From Marsupella aquatica (lineage: Eukaryota > Plantae > Marchantiophyta): a stretch of DNA of 64,000 nt. Below, piece by piece: positions 24,801 through 38,000 of this stretch. The translations under genes were made by a program, and so were the position numbers. The stretch covers positions 15,258,816 through 15,322,815 of the forward strand of contig OZ316895.1 of NCBI GenBank assembly GCA_973895155.1, given 5' to 3'. Position 1 is the first letter of the stretch. Each line of letters begins with the position of its first letter. A model generated the notes under the pieces. That model ran no database searches. It was not told the origin of the DNA and saw only the letters and a list, made by a program, of their open reading frames with translations.

Positions 24801-26994
24801 ATCTTTGGGGTCATATGAAGGACACCATTAGAGTGTCAGTATTATTGGCCCAACAAGCAAGTCAAGTAACAAAATCCTACTAGCATTTGAGAGAAAAGCA
24901 AATAATTCATGTTCTTGTGGTGCTACAGGCATCTCTATCTCAACGGGATGTCATTTATTGCTACCTCTGAGATTCCCTCAAAACAATTATCATTAGGTTT
25001 TTTGATTTGGGTTCAAGCAAGGTCCTTAATTCAGTAAAACATGATTCAGTGACCTAAACTATGGATCTCACTCCTAGCTTCCATGAAAACACTAGTTACA
25101 AACCTTCACCCAAGCACAACATTCAGCGAATTGCTGCCGCCATGAATCGACCTTATTTTATGCAATATGGGCACTTAAGGTGTTTATAATAGGTCATGTA
25201 ACATGCTGTGGTCATTATGAGAATTAGGTTTAATTTTGAATATTCAACTAAACTGCCACCAGCTTCGTCTTGTCCCTTGTATGAAACTCTATTGACAATG
25301 CATTACACTCAGTCCATGGTCCCAGATTGCGACCCCAGTGTGGCCACACCTATGATGGCATGAAGAAGGATTGTTGCTCTCCATTTTTTTGTAAAAGGAG
25401 GTACAGCAGGGCATCATATACCAAAAACAAAGCACAACAAGCTTGCATGAGATGATACAAGAATGATTCAGTTGTTGCAGCTTCATATCTCATCTTTGCG
25501 GACTGAAAAAATATGAACCCAAAACATGACATGTGCACCCCTTCTAAATTGGAAGATGCTGTGACCAATTTCATGAAGCTCAATCCTATCCAATTGCTAG
25601 ATAAGAATGAAGAACATGATGAGTTCCGAGGTACCTGATGGTATTGAGTCACAAGGAATCTGTAAATTATAATTCATTCTAGATATATTTTGTGATTATA
25701 CTCAAGAAGATGGACAGAAGACTAAGAAGCTGCGAGAGTGTGTTCATCCACTAAGTTTGCATATCATCTAAAACTAAATTTATTTGGATCTGAATAATGA
25801 ACTCTCCTTTTGGTGAAACATGGAATATTCAAAAGAAATGTGACATAGCTGGGATCATGAATTTGCAAATTTGTAATGACAAGGATTCAACAAGCTTGCC
25901 AGTTAATTTCCTGTAGGCTTTACAGAACTCTTGTGTGATTCTTTAATTTTGAATTGAAGTATAATTTTTAAAGGAGCTGGTCCTTATGGAGATTTTGCTC
26001 ACGTCCCTGCAGGTTTCCAAAGCAATGCAATACATCGATCATGCCTTGGCCTTACTACTTGCACAAGTTACTATATCACAAGAACTTGAGCATTCAATCT
26101 AATTGCCAAGACTCTAGACAAGTGATCTTGAAAGTTACGTTTGTTACACTTGAGCGAAACAAATTCCACTATGAATGTGATCTTCTCAGGAATGACGCTA
26201 CTATCTCTGAACCAAAGTGACAAGTTGAAAGTACCAAAGGTACAATCATGGTAATTTATATAAATTTCTCTCATTATGGCTCCTATAAATAACATTACTG
26301 AGAAAATGGCCGTTGGTGCTATTGGAAATTATCATATGATGCCAACTTTCAACTTTGGGATTTCTGACCTAAGGAAAGAAGACTATACTTCTTACTTATT
26401 CTTTGGTTAGTTGCATTTCCATAAGTTTTTCTAGCCCAATGTATCAACTTTCTACATCTTAGTATAAATCTCATCCACTCTTGCTCTGCTTAATATTAGC
26501 ATTCATTTACACTGCTCCCTCAATTTTCAGCATGAAAATCCATCTACTGAAATGTTTCTCTATCAATGAAAATTTTCTTCTAGGATTTCCACAATGACAC
26601 TCCCATATTTTTGAAGGTAGAACTTAACTGTACACCTTTTAGATAGTTGAAAATATACAGATGTATGTTTTGTATGATATTGACCACCAACAAAAACAAA
26701 ATTAAGAAAGGATGGAGCTAAAACTGTCAACCCCTTTCAACCATGAGTCAACTATACCACTGACTAACATACCACTGATATTTGATTAACACTGATGATC
26801 ATCTTCATCCTAGCTAAACCGTTTCTGGTATGAGGATAGACACTTAAAGTAGCTCACCAACAAAATGTTGTCTATGGCATGCTCATTATGAATAACATGA
26901 CCATCAGGGGCTCATAAATGCACCCTCAAACACTAAAATGGCTATCAATTTTCAATGTGATAACTAGCTGGGAAAAGGCAATGTCATGTTGAAG

Positions 26995-27161
26995 GAGAGA
27001 TGTACTTGATGGAACCCTAAATTGAAATGTCTTACTTGATAGACCCCATGAGACCCCATGAGCTTTTGGGTACATTGATTTGAGATCTATCAACGGTCTG
27101 GATCACTCAGAGGTCCATCAAGAAACACTTTGCATTTTGGGGGTCCTCAAATATCTTTCTC
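26995..27161. mobile_element. MITE-like element with ~50-bp imperfect terminal inverted repeats
   Basis: Left GAGAGATGTACTTGATGGAACCCTAAATTGAAATGTCTTACTTGATAGACC versus reverse complement of the right end GAGAAAGATATTTGAGGACCCCCAAAATGCAAAGTGTTTCTTGATGGACC. No coding capacity; TSD not established. Confidence 0.5.
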
Positions 27162-27588
27162 GAGGTTGAAGTCTCAACTGAAGTTGCCTTTCAGATCACC
27201 AAAGCTAAAGCATGTTGAGTCTGGTCTTATACCAGTAGAAGACTAGACTCACTCAATTGACCACCATGTTTAGTTGTTATATTCAAATCAAAATGGTCCC
27301 CTCTACACAGTAGCTGAATTTGCTCATAAACACAAGTATGAATCAATGGACAACGCTTTTGAAGGGCATTTTTCTAAAATGAACATCCTAGTGATGACCC
27401 GATTAGTTGAATTGACTCATTATCTATTTCTTCATTCTTTGTTATAATGTCTAGACTGCTTCAAATAAGTAAAACTCTCACCTTTTCTATATTTTTCATG
27501 TTGAATCAACCGCAGGTTTATTAATCTGCAGATGTTCAACCTCAACAACATATGACTTGTTGGTGGTAGGTGCATTTGGATAGTAGGT

Positions 27589-30500
27589 ATGGGATACAGA
27601 AGCTCCCCGAGTGCATTTGTGCTCAAATGGGCTAATATTTTGGCTCTGGTGAGTAAACTTAGCTGTTAGGCACTGTCTTGTGAGATGAACTTTACCTAGC
27701 CAACAGGTTATAAAACAAACTTATAATTTGTGTAGGAATTATTGCTTTGAGACTTTAAGTAAGGCCTTATGTTTTAAGCAACAAGTTGTTGCAAGGAAAA
27801 CAATACAGGGATCAAGAATCTATATGTGAATAACACCCAAAGAAATATGTCTCAGTGCAGCAAATGTCATTAATGAGCCAACAACATAACTGTTACTAAT
27901 GGTCACTTCAATGGTTTCATGCTAGGTTGTCTCTCTTTGCATCCTAGGCATTGGCATTTGGCTTGCCACAAGGCATGGCCATTGTGAAAAGTATTTGATG
28001 TTACCACTACTTGTAATTGGTGGAAGCATTTTTGCTATGTAAGTTTTTGTCTCTGCCTTTAATTCATTCTTGGGATTATTTCTTGGAACAAAATCACATG
28101 TCTTGTGTTCATTTAGAGTCTTTTATTTCAGTGTTGGGCAGAGTTTGTGGGTTTTGACCCAATTGGGTCTATGTTTCTTACTGATCTTTCCAACTGAATG
28201 CTTACATGCAGATCCTTGCTAGGGTATATTGCTGCATCTACGCATACCAGTTTCCTACTTTGGATTGTATCCTCATGAACTAAACATTCTGATTTCATTG
28301 GCCTAAAAGTATGATTATTCCCTTGTATACAAGCTCCCTTTTTCTTGTTCATATAGCTACTACTAAAAACTATTGAGGTGCTTGTATAATACGTAAAGCA
28401 CCCACCTCTCAACCATCATTATATTGCCCATGATCGAGTTATTGATTTCTAAGGAAGGATCATTTAGATAAACTTCAAAAATATGTTGGTCCTTAATTTA
28501 CTAACAGTATCTGGTCATTTATTCTTGTCTTCTTGCAGGTCTTACGCTCTTCACTGTTTTGACGTATGACTCTCACCTTTGCTAGTCCCTTTCATTTGCT
28601 AGTTGCATCAACTCATTTCTATCCAGAAAAGATCTGTTGCTTCTTCTTTTTGTGCAAAAGGGGAGGAGACCGCTACGTCTAATGTTATGAACTCAGTCTC
28701 TCTAATAGTGTGCATTCTTGAATATGGAAAAATTTTGTATCAGAATTCTCATGAAGATAGATTAGTGGGCCACTCTTTTCTACTATCTGTTTTGAACCTA
28801 AACTTAAATATGAAAATATTACTTTACATTGCCTCTCCTAAATTAACAATGGAACAGTTTTCTTCCAGGTTTATCATAACTCGTAATGGAGCAGGATATA
28901 CGATTAAATCAGATGACATAAAGTGAGACCACCTAACCTAAGTGTTATTCTCCATATAATTAATTCTACATTCAAATGTTTATAATAGATGCCACAACTA
29001 TGTCTAAAAATTCAGGCCTACCTAAAAATAACATTTCTTTAGATGTTCAGTAACATATTGGTCGTTCTTCTGTAAATACTATAAAGCATTATTTTCGAGT
29101 AAAAACTGAGAGACACCTCTCACACGTTAAAGATAGAGTCGTGATTTAACAAAGTCAATAATGATGCCCCAAAGTAATTGATTGCGCATGGCTAGCATAA
29201 ACCAATAAAGTGTAGTCTCAATTGTGAGAAAAATATGTTTTGTGATAAGCCAAGGTGCCCAGATTTGAATACAAGAAAATTAAGCAAGTCAAATAGATCT
29301 GTATTCTGCTCTCTTCTCAAACTGGACCAGACATGGAAGCCTGATTCTTCAATGTTTGGGGGTTCTTTGGTATTGTAAATACTTGACTACAAATGTCTTT
29401 GGGGCTACATTTAACATGAGGAGCTAAATTCATATGTTGATCCTGCAGCTTCAAACAATATCAGTTTGATAACTATTCTCGTTGGTTACAACATGGGGTA
29501 AGCAAAGGCAAGACTTGATCAAGAAGCATCAGTTGAAAATGTGGGGAACCTAGATGAGAGAGTAGATGGGAATTATTACTGCCAACATCATCTTCAAAAC
29601 ATTATTAGTTTGAGAACTTTTTCACGAATAGAGTTTTTGTTGAAAAGTTTGAAAGTATGCTACTACTGATAGCATCTTCCTAGACTCTTATTGATGAAAT
29701 TCGTTGTTAGTATGGCAGCTTGAGTATATTTGATTGACACAAAATCATAGGCCAGAAGTCACTTCCGTTAAAGAAAATATATTGCTTCAATGGAGTCAGT
29801 TACATGATACAAAACATTGTGTTTCAAGTTGGTTCACCTTCGGAGGTTTTGTTGCCCGTTTTGTTGCAGTTGAATAAAACGAGCAATTGGAAACACATAT
29901 CAGATTGCTTACTAGATGCTGAATTTTGTGACAGGGTGCTGGGAAAGATTTCAGTAAGTTCCTCATCAATTTTTCTACAATTTACCAACAACTCAGGAGG
30001 TGTTGTTTATTGTCCAAATTTATTCTCAATGTTAGCAAAGGTGAAACTAAGGTCAAGATCACAAAAGAAGACACAAACCTCATAAACCCAAATTTTGCAG
30101 AACTTTGTGAAATAAGGGATCTATTCTATATGCTAGGGTCTATGTTTTAATTGTAGCTCATCTTGAAGAGGTTTGTGGTGGTGCCAAATCTAAATTCCTG
30201 GCCTAAATTACTATTATTGAATTGCAATAAGTCAGACAAAATCTGAGCTGGCTAAGAAGGAAACTTCAGTCGAATCAGGTTGTTGTCGACCTCCAGTTGA
30301 GTAAGTATTTTTGTGATCATGTATGCTGTTCAGATTTTTGTGCTCTTAGGTTTAGTAACAATAGATTCTAGACACCACTAACAATATCACTAACTAATCA
30401 TCTTAGTTGAAAAACATCAATGTACACAAGGTGAATTGTTTATGTGCAAATCAATTCCGAATTTAAACACTACCTGAAAGTGGTGGTGAAATCTTTTGGC

Positions 30501-33500
30501 GCTATACAAAGGAATTAAACCAGTGGGATTACTTCTTGAATGGTCAAGGACTCCACCATTTCAATAAAGTAAATATTATTGATGTTCTTTTTATGTTCTA
30601 GGTGTGGATACCCAATGATCAATGTAACATATTATGATCTATCAACTCCTGCTGTTGTGCCATTGGACTGCCAATTGTATCAAAATGAACCAAGCATCAA
30701 ATGCTTTAGTTGCTCGAGTTGCAGGTAAGGGTTCTCATATTTTCTCTAAGTATACATGTCACTATACCAAGTTAATTAGTGCAAACATGTCAAATTAAGA
30801 TCTTAACTTATAAACTTTTCATCTTTCCAGAGGTGGAGTGGCACAATCCGTTAAAAAGGAAATGATGATATTGGCTGCCGCAAATATTGTTCTTATCGTC
30901 TTTTTGGTTAGTACTTTGATGGCATCAACTGAATCTTGACATAAACAAATTCTCACAAGTGACTTTCAAGTGGACAGTTTTAATTTGGCTGCATTTATTA
31001 TTACAACACTAAAGATTAATTCAATACGTTATATAATTTGGTTTGGTGGAGTGAAGACCAAAATGATGCTCCTATGGACCACAATGTTGGTCATTTGAAA
31101 CCCCCATGGACCACATTTCCTAAAATTTGAGTTTAATTATAATAATATGATGTTCATAAATTCAATAATATTTTAGTTTTGAGTATGTGCTAGAGGAGTG
31201 AGTAAGCTACTCTTCCATCAAAGTGACTTGAGATTTTTTTTTACCATTTTGTTTGTGTTATTTATCATGGAATGCAGACGTGTAATTTCTATTAGATTAA
31301 TTTACATTGTATTCATATGAAATATCAGTGCTTGTGTTTTCTTATGTCTCCTCCTTTAATAGTTGCTTTCTCTAGTTGCCTTGCTGGTGAAAAACAAAAA
31401 CTTATTTTAAGATTCATAATCATCAAATTATAAGCCCTAAACTCCTATGGACCACCAAAATGTGGTCCATGGGAGCACTATGTCCAACATGATGGTCCAT
31501 CTGGGTTTCACTGGGAGCACTATGTCCAACATGGTGGTCCATCTGGGTTTCACTTTCAGTGAACACCTTCAAGTACTCTCAGGTTCCAGAAGTTAATTAC
31601 ATTGACTAAGTTATATTGGTTATTGTGATGAAATATGACATCTTGTTCCAATTAATGAACAACACCAATACTTCCAATTTTTGATTATTTAAAGATTACA
31701 GTTTGCAAGAGTATCACACGTACGTTTCAAAGCAACTAACCACCATAGATGATTTCTATGAAAATCTCTACTATAATAATAATAATAATAAGCTATACTA
31801 TAATTTGCCATCATAGTCTACCACTTATGACTTACTGCACCACCGTGATTCCATAGACTATAATTTATCCGGAAATTCTTGTGAGTAGGACTCCCTATGC
31901 CTGAGTCTAGGTAGAGGGAGCCATAATTTCCTGTGCATACAGGTGAGTATTTGGGCTAATATGGCCAGCATTTTACAATATGTATGTGATTATTACTATC
32001 TAACTGCAAAACACATAATGTCTTAAATCTATACAGGAGCAAAATGGTCATTTCATTAGTATGATCTAGGCAGCATCCAAGCTTTCCCTTAGCAAGGCAA
32101 TATCCCATTAGATTTTGGGTCCCCCCAAAATAAATGACTTTCTACTGATTGTCTTGATCCTGATGTTCTAACAGAATTTTGGTTGAAAAGCTTTACTTGC
32201 TAAACCTTGAAGTGATTATCTTAATTTAAAAAATGGTGTTAGTTCCTAGCGCTATTCAAATCATACAATAATGTGTAAATTTGATAGAATCTGAGTTGAC
32301 ATTCAACCAATAGTTAGCTTCCGAATGCAAAAATGGTTAACCATGGCTAAAAAGAGTGTCAAAGTGAGAAACATTGTAAGAATTGTTACAAAGGGAATAT
32401 TTAAAAGCTTCAGTGGCTTCAGATTCTGATCCAAGGCAGTTTTCAAAGGGGAAACTATGAATAAGATTTACCAAACCCAGTAGAAATACAATACTAGAGA
32501 TATATTTTAGATTGTCATTGTGTAATCATTTTTGGTGGGTTATTTTTTCCAAGTTAGGTGTTGTTTGAGCTTTGCTTAGATCAGATGCCCTCCCAGCACT
32601 TTTGTTTTAAATTGGTTTCAAACCCTTCCAGCCTTTTCATTAATTAATTAATTTTTTATTCAACATGCAATAAGAAAATTATGATGCTAAAGAAAAATCT
32701 CCTGACAACACCCCCACTTTGGTACATGAGATATCATTGTAATACTATGCTAGTATCACAAAGCCCTGTAATAAGAGCTCATAGTTAATAGTTTCCCACA
32801 AGATTTAAAATTCAATAAACCTATCCTTTGTTGAGCAATGGACCACTCATAGACAACATGCACATGTGAAGCATAAGATGAAAGTTCTAGCAAATAAGTA
32901 GTCGACACAAGATATATGTGGTTCACCTCTCTAGAGGCTCCATCCATGGCAACAAAAAAGATTAGTGCAGTAAAGGTATAGCAGACGGGCGCTTAGAATG
33001 ATAATGTAAAACTCATTTACAAGGTATTGGATTCTGTTTTCATTTCTTAGAGAGTGAGCATGAGTTGGCAGCACTGTAGTTGTGGCTGAGCACTTTGAGT
33101 GCACTGCCTTTCTCCTTGCTGCTCATGGCAGGTCATGGCTTGGATCTCACCACTCATGGCTTGCAGATTGTCAACAATCAGCCCCTTGGTCGCTCTGATA
33201 AGAATGCTCAAGCTGGAAGTGTAAGATTAGTGATGGATGAGCTTATCAAAGTGCTTAGCTGAGGGTGAATAAGCTGGGAGTTGCGATGGGAGCACTCCCA
33301 GCTCCTCGATCTGCTCATCGTTCTGGTTACGGGTGGGTCTCAGTTGACTCAAGGCTTGCTGTTTATGGTGAACTGTGCACCCAACCTTGACTGACTTCCT
33401 CAAGACTGGCTTGGTGCACCTCCAATCTAGCAAAAACTTGTCACACCTCCTAAAGGAATATACAGTATTAATATGGTTTCACCATATGACCACTGAGTAC

Positions 33501-34502
33501 TTTATTGAACCAGGCCCTTGGGGTGTTAATGGCAGGGTTTCCATTTGAGCCTCCAAGAAGCAATTTTTCCTTAGGAGAGTTTTGGGGCCTGTCAAAATGA
33601 AAATGGGCAGGTGGACAGCTTTGAGTCTAATTAAGGGTAGCTCATGAATGAGTTCCCAAGGACCGTCACGCTGAATCAATTTTCAAACTGGGTTCGAAAT
33701 CTGTTTGGGATTTTTAGAAACTCACCTGATATCTATTTATGGTCTGTGTTTGAATGAGAGATGCCAGACATTACTCCTGGTTAAGAAAATGAGTCATAAA
33801 TTAGTTAAAAATGAGTGCCAATCTTCACAAGCCAGGAACCAGGCTTAAACCTAACGGCATTAGCTGTAATTCTATTTTTGTACTTTAATGTAGTGCCCTA
33901 TTTTACCAGTTCTAGTCAAGACCCTCACTTTTTTTTAATGATATAGACTTCAATCTGATTGATGCAATCAAATTCAAACATGATCAAAACCCAAAATCGT
34001 GAAATGAATATTTGTTTTAATTTTAATACTGACTTGAAAAGTGTATAGTATTCTTTTTAAGAGTGTTCAAAATAAAGGGGGTGTTGTGCTACCCAATGGA
34101 CACACGACTCAATAATAAGAACAAGATTGATTGTTTTTGCCCAGGTGGTAGGATCCAACAATGATAAATCTTAGGTCCAATGTTCTATCCAACATGCAAA
34201 CCTGGGCACATATATGTGAGCTGATTTGTGAGTTGTGGTATGTGCGCGTCCACAAAAATCATTAAAAATAAGTGTGACTGGTTTAGAGAGACAATATTGG
34301 TTGTTGATCATTGTAAACAAAATTCCTTTTACCATCATTGGTCACTGTGTGCACCCTGGTGTGCACACTAAAATATGAAGTTGCCAAGATTGGTAATTTA
34401 TTTTGACACAATTGTAGATTTTTGGTTTTACAGTTTGCGTTGTATATTGTGGGTTGTTGCGCAAGACAACACGCATCAGAAGCTCGGTACATCAAAGTGT
34501 GA
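27589..34502 (+). CDS. TET10: Tetraspanin, TET10-like (11 exons, 267 aa)
   Basis: Exons 27589-27648, 27926-28038, 28212-28266, 28508-28563, 28869-28922, 29449-29497, 29870-29953, 30236-30300, 30602-30724, 30831-30906, 34434-34502 (804 nt, all GT-AG, in phase). Protein MGYRSSPSAFVLKWANILAL...SGCCRPPVECGYP...CFSCSSCRGGVAQ...LYIVGCCARQHASEARYIKV has four TM helices and the plant tetraspanin GCC(K/R)PP signature. The many-intron structure is characteristic of the TET10 clade. Confidence 0.9.
31049..31554. mobile_element. MITE-like inverted-repeat element in the long last tetraspanin intron
   Basis: TGCTCCTATGGACCACA (~31067) is inverted to TGTGGTCCATGGGAGCA (~31461). AGTGAAGACC and GGGTTTCACT lie at the ends. 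The right end is duplicated as a 42-bp tandem (31471-31512, 31513-31554). Confidence 0.5.
32756..32900 (-). mobile_element. Possible degenerate LINE (non-LTR retrotransposon) fragment
   Basis: Minus-strand HVVYEWSIAQQRIGLLNFKSCGKLL loosely resembles the W...GGLG...F motif downstream of plant LINE RT domains. Short and degenerate. Confidence 0.25.
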
Positions 34503-35046
34503 CCCGTGCGCTCCTTTCCTTTTGCCTTTAAAATTAGATTGGTTCATTTCCTTGGTGCAAGTTGTGCTATATATGGACCATTGTAAACTTTGCATCCACT
34601 TTCTCATTGGCTTTCCTAGTTAACACATCATGTGGATCCTATTGATGAATGAGAATTATTGCATGAAACATAAACTAGTTTCAATGTGTGCTATTGGAGT
34701 TTGAATGTAAACATGTGAAGATGATGATATACATGCATGTACAGAAGGAAACAAATGTAACCTTATCATGTTGAATGAATGACAACCAAAAATGGTCAAG
34801 TATACTGGATTCCATTTTAATTCTGATATAGTAGCAGACAATTTATCTGAGTGGGAAATCCATACATTCATATAAGACACTTAACCCATGATGCCATGAA
34901 TTAATATACACACAATGATTGGAGCATGGTATGTCTCCATGAAATTTTTCCCTAAAATAAATGTAATTATGATATAAACTGATAGCGACTGTAGCACATA
35001 GATGTAAGTCATTGAAGTCTGTTGAAAATTGTTGCATGAATCATGG

Positions 35047-38000
35047 ATGCATTGTGGAACTTTGTGTGGACATTTTGATGAAGTGCAGATGCAAAAAAAG
35101 GGATTGGAAGATATTAAACAAGTACAACGCGCCCATTATCCTAGATGCTCATGTGGGTCATGCTGGCAAGCATGCTTGGAGTGTTGTTGTTTGCATTGCT
35201 CACGAGAGGTAGTTCAAGAAGTGGAAGATATATCATCTCCCAAAAACTGCTGCGTTAAGAGGAAAGCCCCACTTCCATTGCAAGATGAGGAGTTTGTCTT
35301 TCCTGGAACAGAGAAGACTTCTTGGTGTTGTCAGAAGAGAAGGAAACGGAAAAGAGAGTTGGCTTGTAATGAGCCTGAGAGGATTGATTTAGATGACTAC
35401 GATCCAACCCTTGTCTTTGAGAAGAAAAAGGCAGTAGAAGATCACGACCAAGTTGCATATAGGCGAGCCGATGACATAACTCTTTTGGATTATCTTCAGG
35501 CAGGATGGCCAGTGCAAGAAGAAGCACAACAAGGCTCTAAATGCTTCCTCTTCTTTTGTTGTAAAAAGAAAAAGCTTGACACAAAGCAAAAGGGCAAAGC
35601 AAAATCATCATGTTGTACATCACCTTGTGGGAATAAAAAGAAAGGAGTTGATCTAGACAATTTCAAGAAAATTGACAACTCACTGGCACTAGCAAGTGCT
35701 AAGCAAAAAGGGAAATCATGTTGCAGATCCCCATGTGGAGATAGAAAGCAAGAAGTTGAAGTGAAAAATGTTGAGAAAACAGATAAGGTGATAACTATAG
35801 GAGGAGCTTCATCAGGCACATTGGTTTGGGATAAACCTCCCCCAATCACCCAGCAAGATTTATCAAACAATTTTAAGGATAAGCCAGACGCAACAGTGAT
35901 GAAAAAGAATAGTACTCAAATACATGACAATGTTCTTTTCAATCAAGAATCCACAGTGGCCACTCCCCTGGCCACTCTCCCGCCCGCTCTCCAGCTTAAG
36001 AGTCCTGAGGTTGAAGGAGCAAAGAAGACTGGACAGTTGCCACAAGGTTGGTCTTGGTTGATGGAAAACTCAAATTCAACCAATACCCCAACAAATGTGG
36101 ATAAAAAGCCTGATGTACAGACAAGATTTGTCCACATTATACCTGAAATTGTAGATACAAGGTTTCAATTGAAAAGCTATGATGATATGGACATCTCTGA
36201 GAAGAAGGAAAAGAATTTTCCAAGAAAATTAAAATATAAGGAAAGAGAGGACCATGTAGAAACAAGCTTGGTTCAATTTGCAAAACCTGAAATTGTGGAT
36301 AAAAGGTTTCAATTGAAATCCAAAGATGATGCTTTCCAAAAAAAGGAAGAAAAATTTCAGATAATTGAGGAAGATGTAGAACGCCTGGGAGTGCTCCATA
36401 ATAAACTTGGAATATTGCAACAACAACTTTTGCAGAAAGAACAAATTCTAGTCCTTGAAGATAAATTGAAAGAACAAGAACATCTTCAAAGGAGGAAGGA
36501 GGAGCTTGCTCTGGAGAAAGAACAACTTGAGATTCTTAGAGAGAAGACTCGAGGAAGGGGACACCTTGAAAGAAATAACGAAGATACAGCATTAGAGAAG
36601 GAGCATCTTGCTATCCTCCGAGAGGTAATGAATGAAAAAGAACAACTTGAGCGGAAGAAAGAAGAATTCATTATGGAAAAGAAACACCTTGAAATGCTTC
36701 GAGAGGAGCAACTTGAGAGGAAGAAAGAAGAATTCATCACGGAAAAGAAACACCTTGAAATGCTTCGAGAGGAACAACTTGAGAGGAAGAAAGAAGAATT
36801 AATTATGGAAAAGAAACACGTCGAAATGCTCCGAGAGAAAATTTCTCAACAAGAAAAGGAAGACCTCAATTTAGAGAAACAACAAATGGAACTACTTCAG
36901 AGACAATTAAGTCTTGAGGAGAAGGGAAAACTCAAAATGAGGGAGCAAGAGATTGCCATGGAGAAAGAAAAACTGGAAATACTTCGAGAAAAACTTACTG
37001 GTAAAGAGAAAGTACAACTCGAGATTAAGAAAGATGAACTTTCTTTACAGCTGGAGAAGTCCAACGAAGAACTTGCAAGAGAGGGGCAAAAACTCCAAGT
37101 AATGAGGGAGAGCCTTAATTCTGAAGAGAAAGCACAAATTGAGAAATCAAAGGTGAAACTTACTTTTGAGAGAAAGCAGCTTGAAGAGCTTAAAGAGAAA
37201 CTCAATTTCAAGGAGAAGGATGAACTCAAGAAGAAGAAGGAAATGCTTGATAATGTTCTGATGCAACTGGAAATGCTAAGCAAGAATCTTAGTTCCAAGG
37301 AGATGGTATTACTTGATCGGAAAAGGGAAGTACTGAGTAGAGAAAGAGACCCATTTGAATTGCTGCTCAGGAGCAATTTTTCAGACAAAGAAAGAGAGAA
37401 GTTTGGAAAGAATAAAGTAGAGGACCATTTGAAAGGCCTTGTGAAGGACACTGCAGACTACAATGGATCCAAGGGGGACCAAAAATCCAAAGATGACAGG
37501 AAAAATCCCACGATTCCTCCACTACTGACCTTCACAGAAACAACGTCACTGGGAAATAACGAGGATAAAAAGGCACGGAAAGAGTGGGGTCATCAATCAA
37601 GTTCTTATAAAAAATCTGAGGTTACAAATTGTATTGGTAGTTTTATTGGTTCAAGTTCAATCTCAGGCAACTGCGGTCGGGCCCTCAAGTCAACTTGGCC
37701 ACCAAGAATAGGAAATCAAGAGCCACCTGAAGAATTGGTTGAAATAGAAAACAAAAGACAAGGGGGAATTATGGAACTTACAATGATGGAGAAGAAAGGG
37801 CAACCGGGGAGAGTTGAGAAAAGGTATAAGGGAAAGCAACGCATGGATGACCATGGCACACAAAAAGAATTTGCTGATTGTTTCAAGAAGTTGAAAGAGG
37901 GTGCTCATAATAAATTGGACAAAAAAAATGATCATGTTAGCAAATTCCCAAAAGGAGGAGACGATGACAAGAAAAGACCTCGGCCCAGTCATGAATACGA

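Noticed and set aside
24000-26300. Hidden gene or transposase between the LON gene and the tetraspanin
   Set aside because: Scattered splice-like sites and short ORFs, but no consistent frame or identifiable motif.
33060-33700. GC-richer protein-like patch in the tetraspanin intron as a nested gene
   Set aside because: Only short, stop-interrupted ORFs with no recognisable domain or exon chain. Possibly a TE relic, but unsupported.
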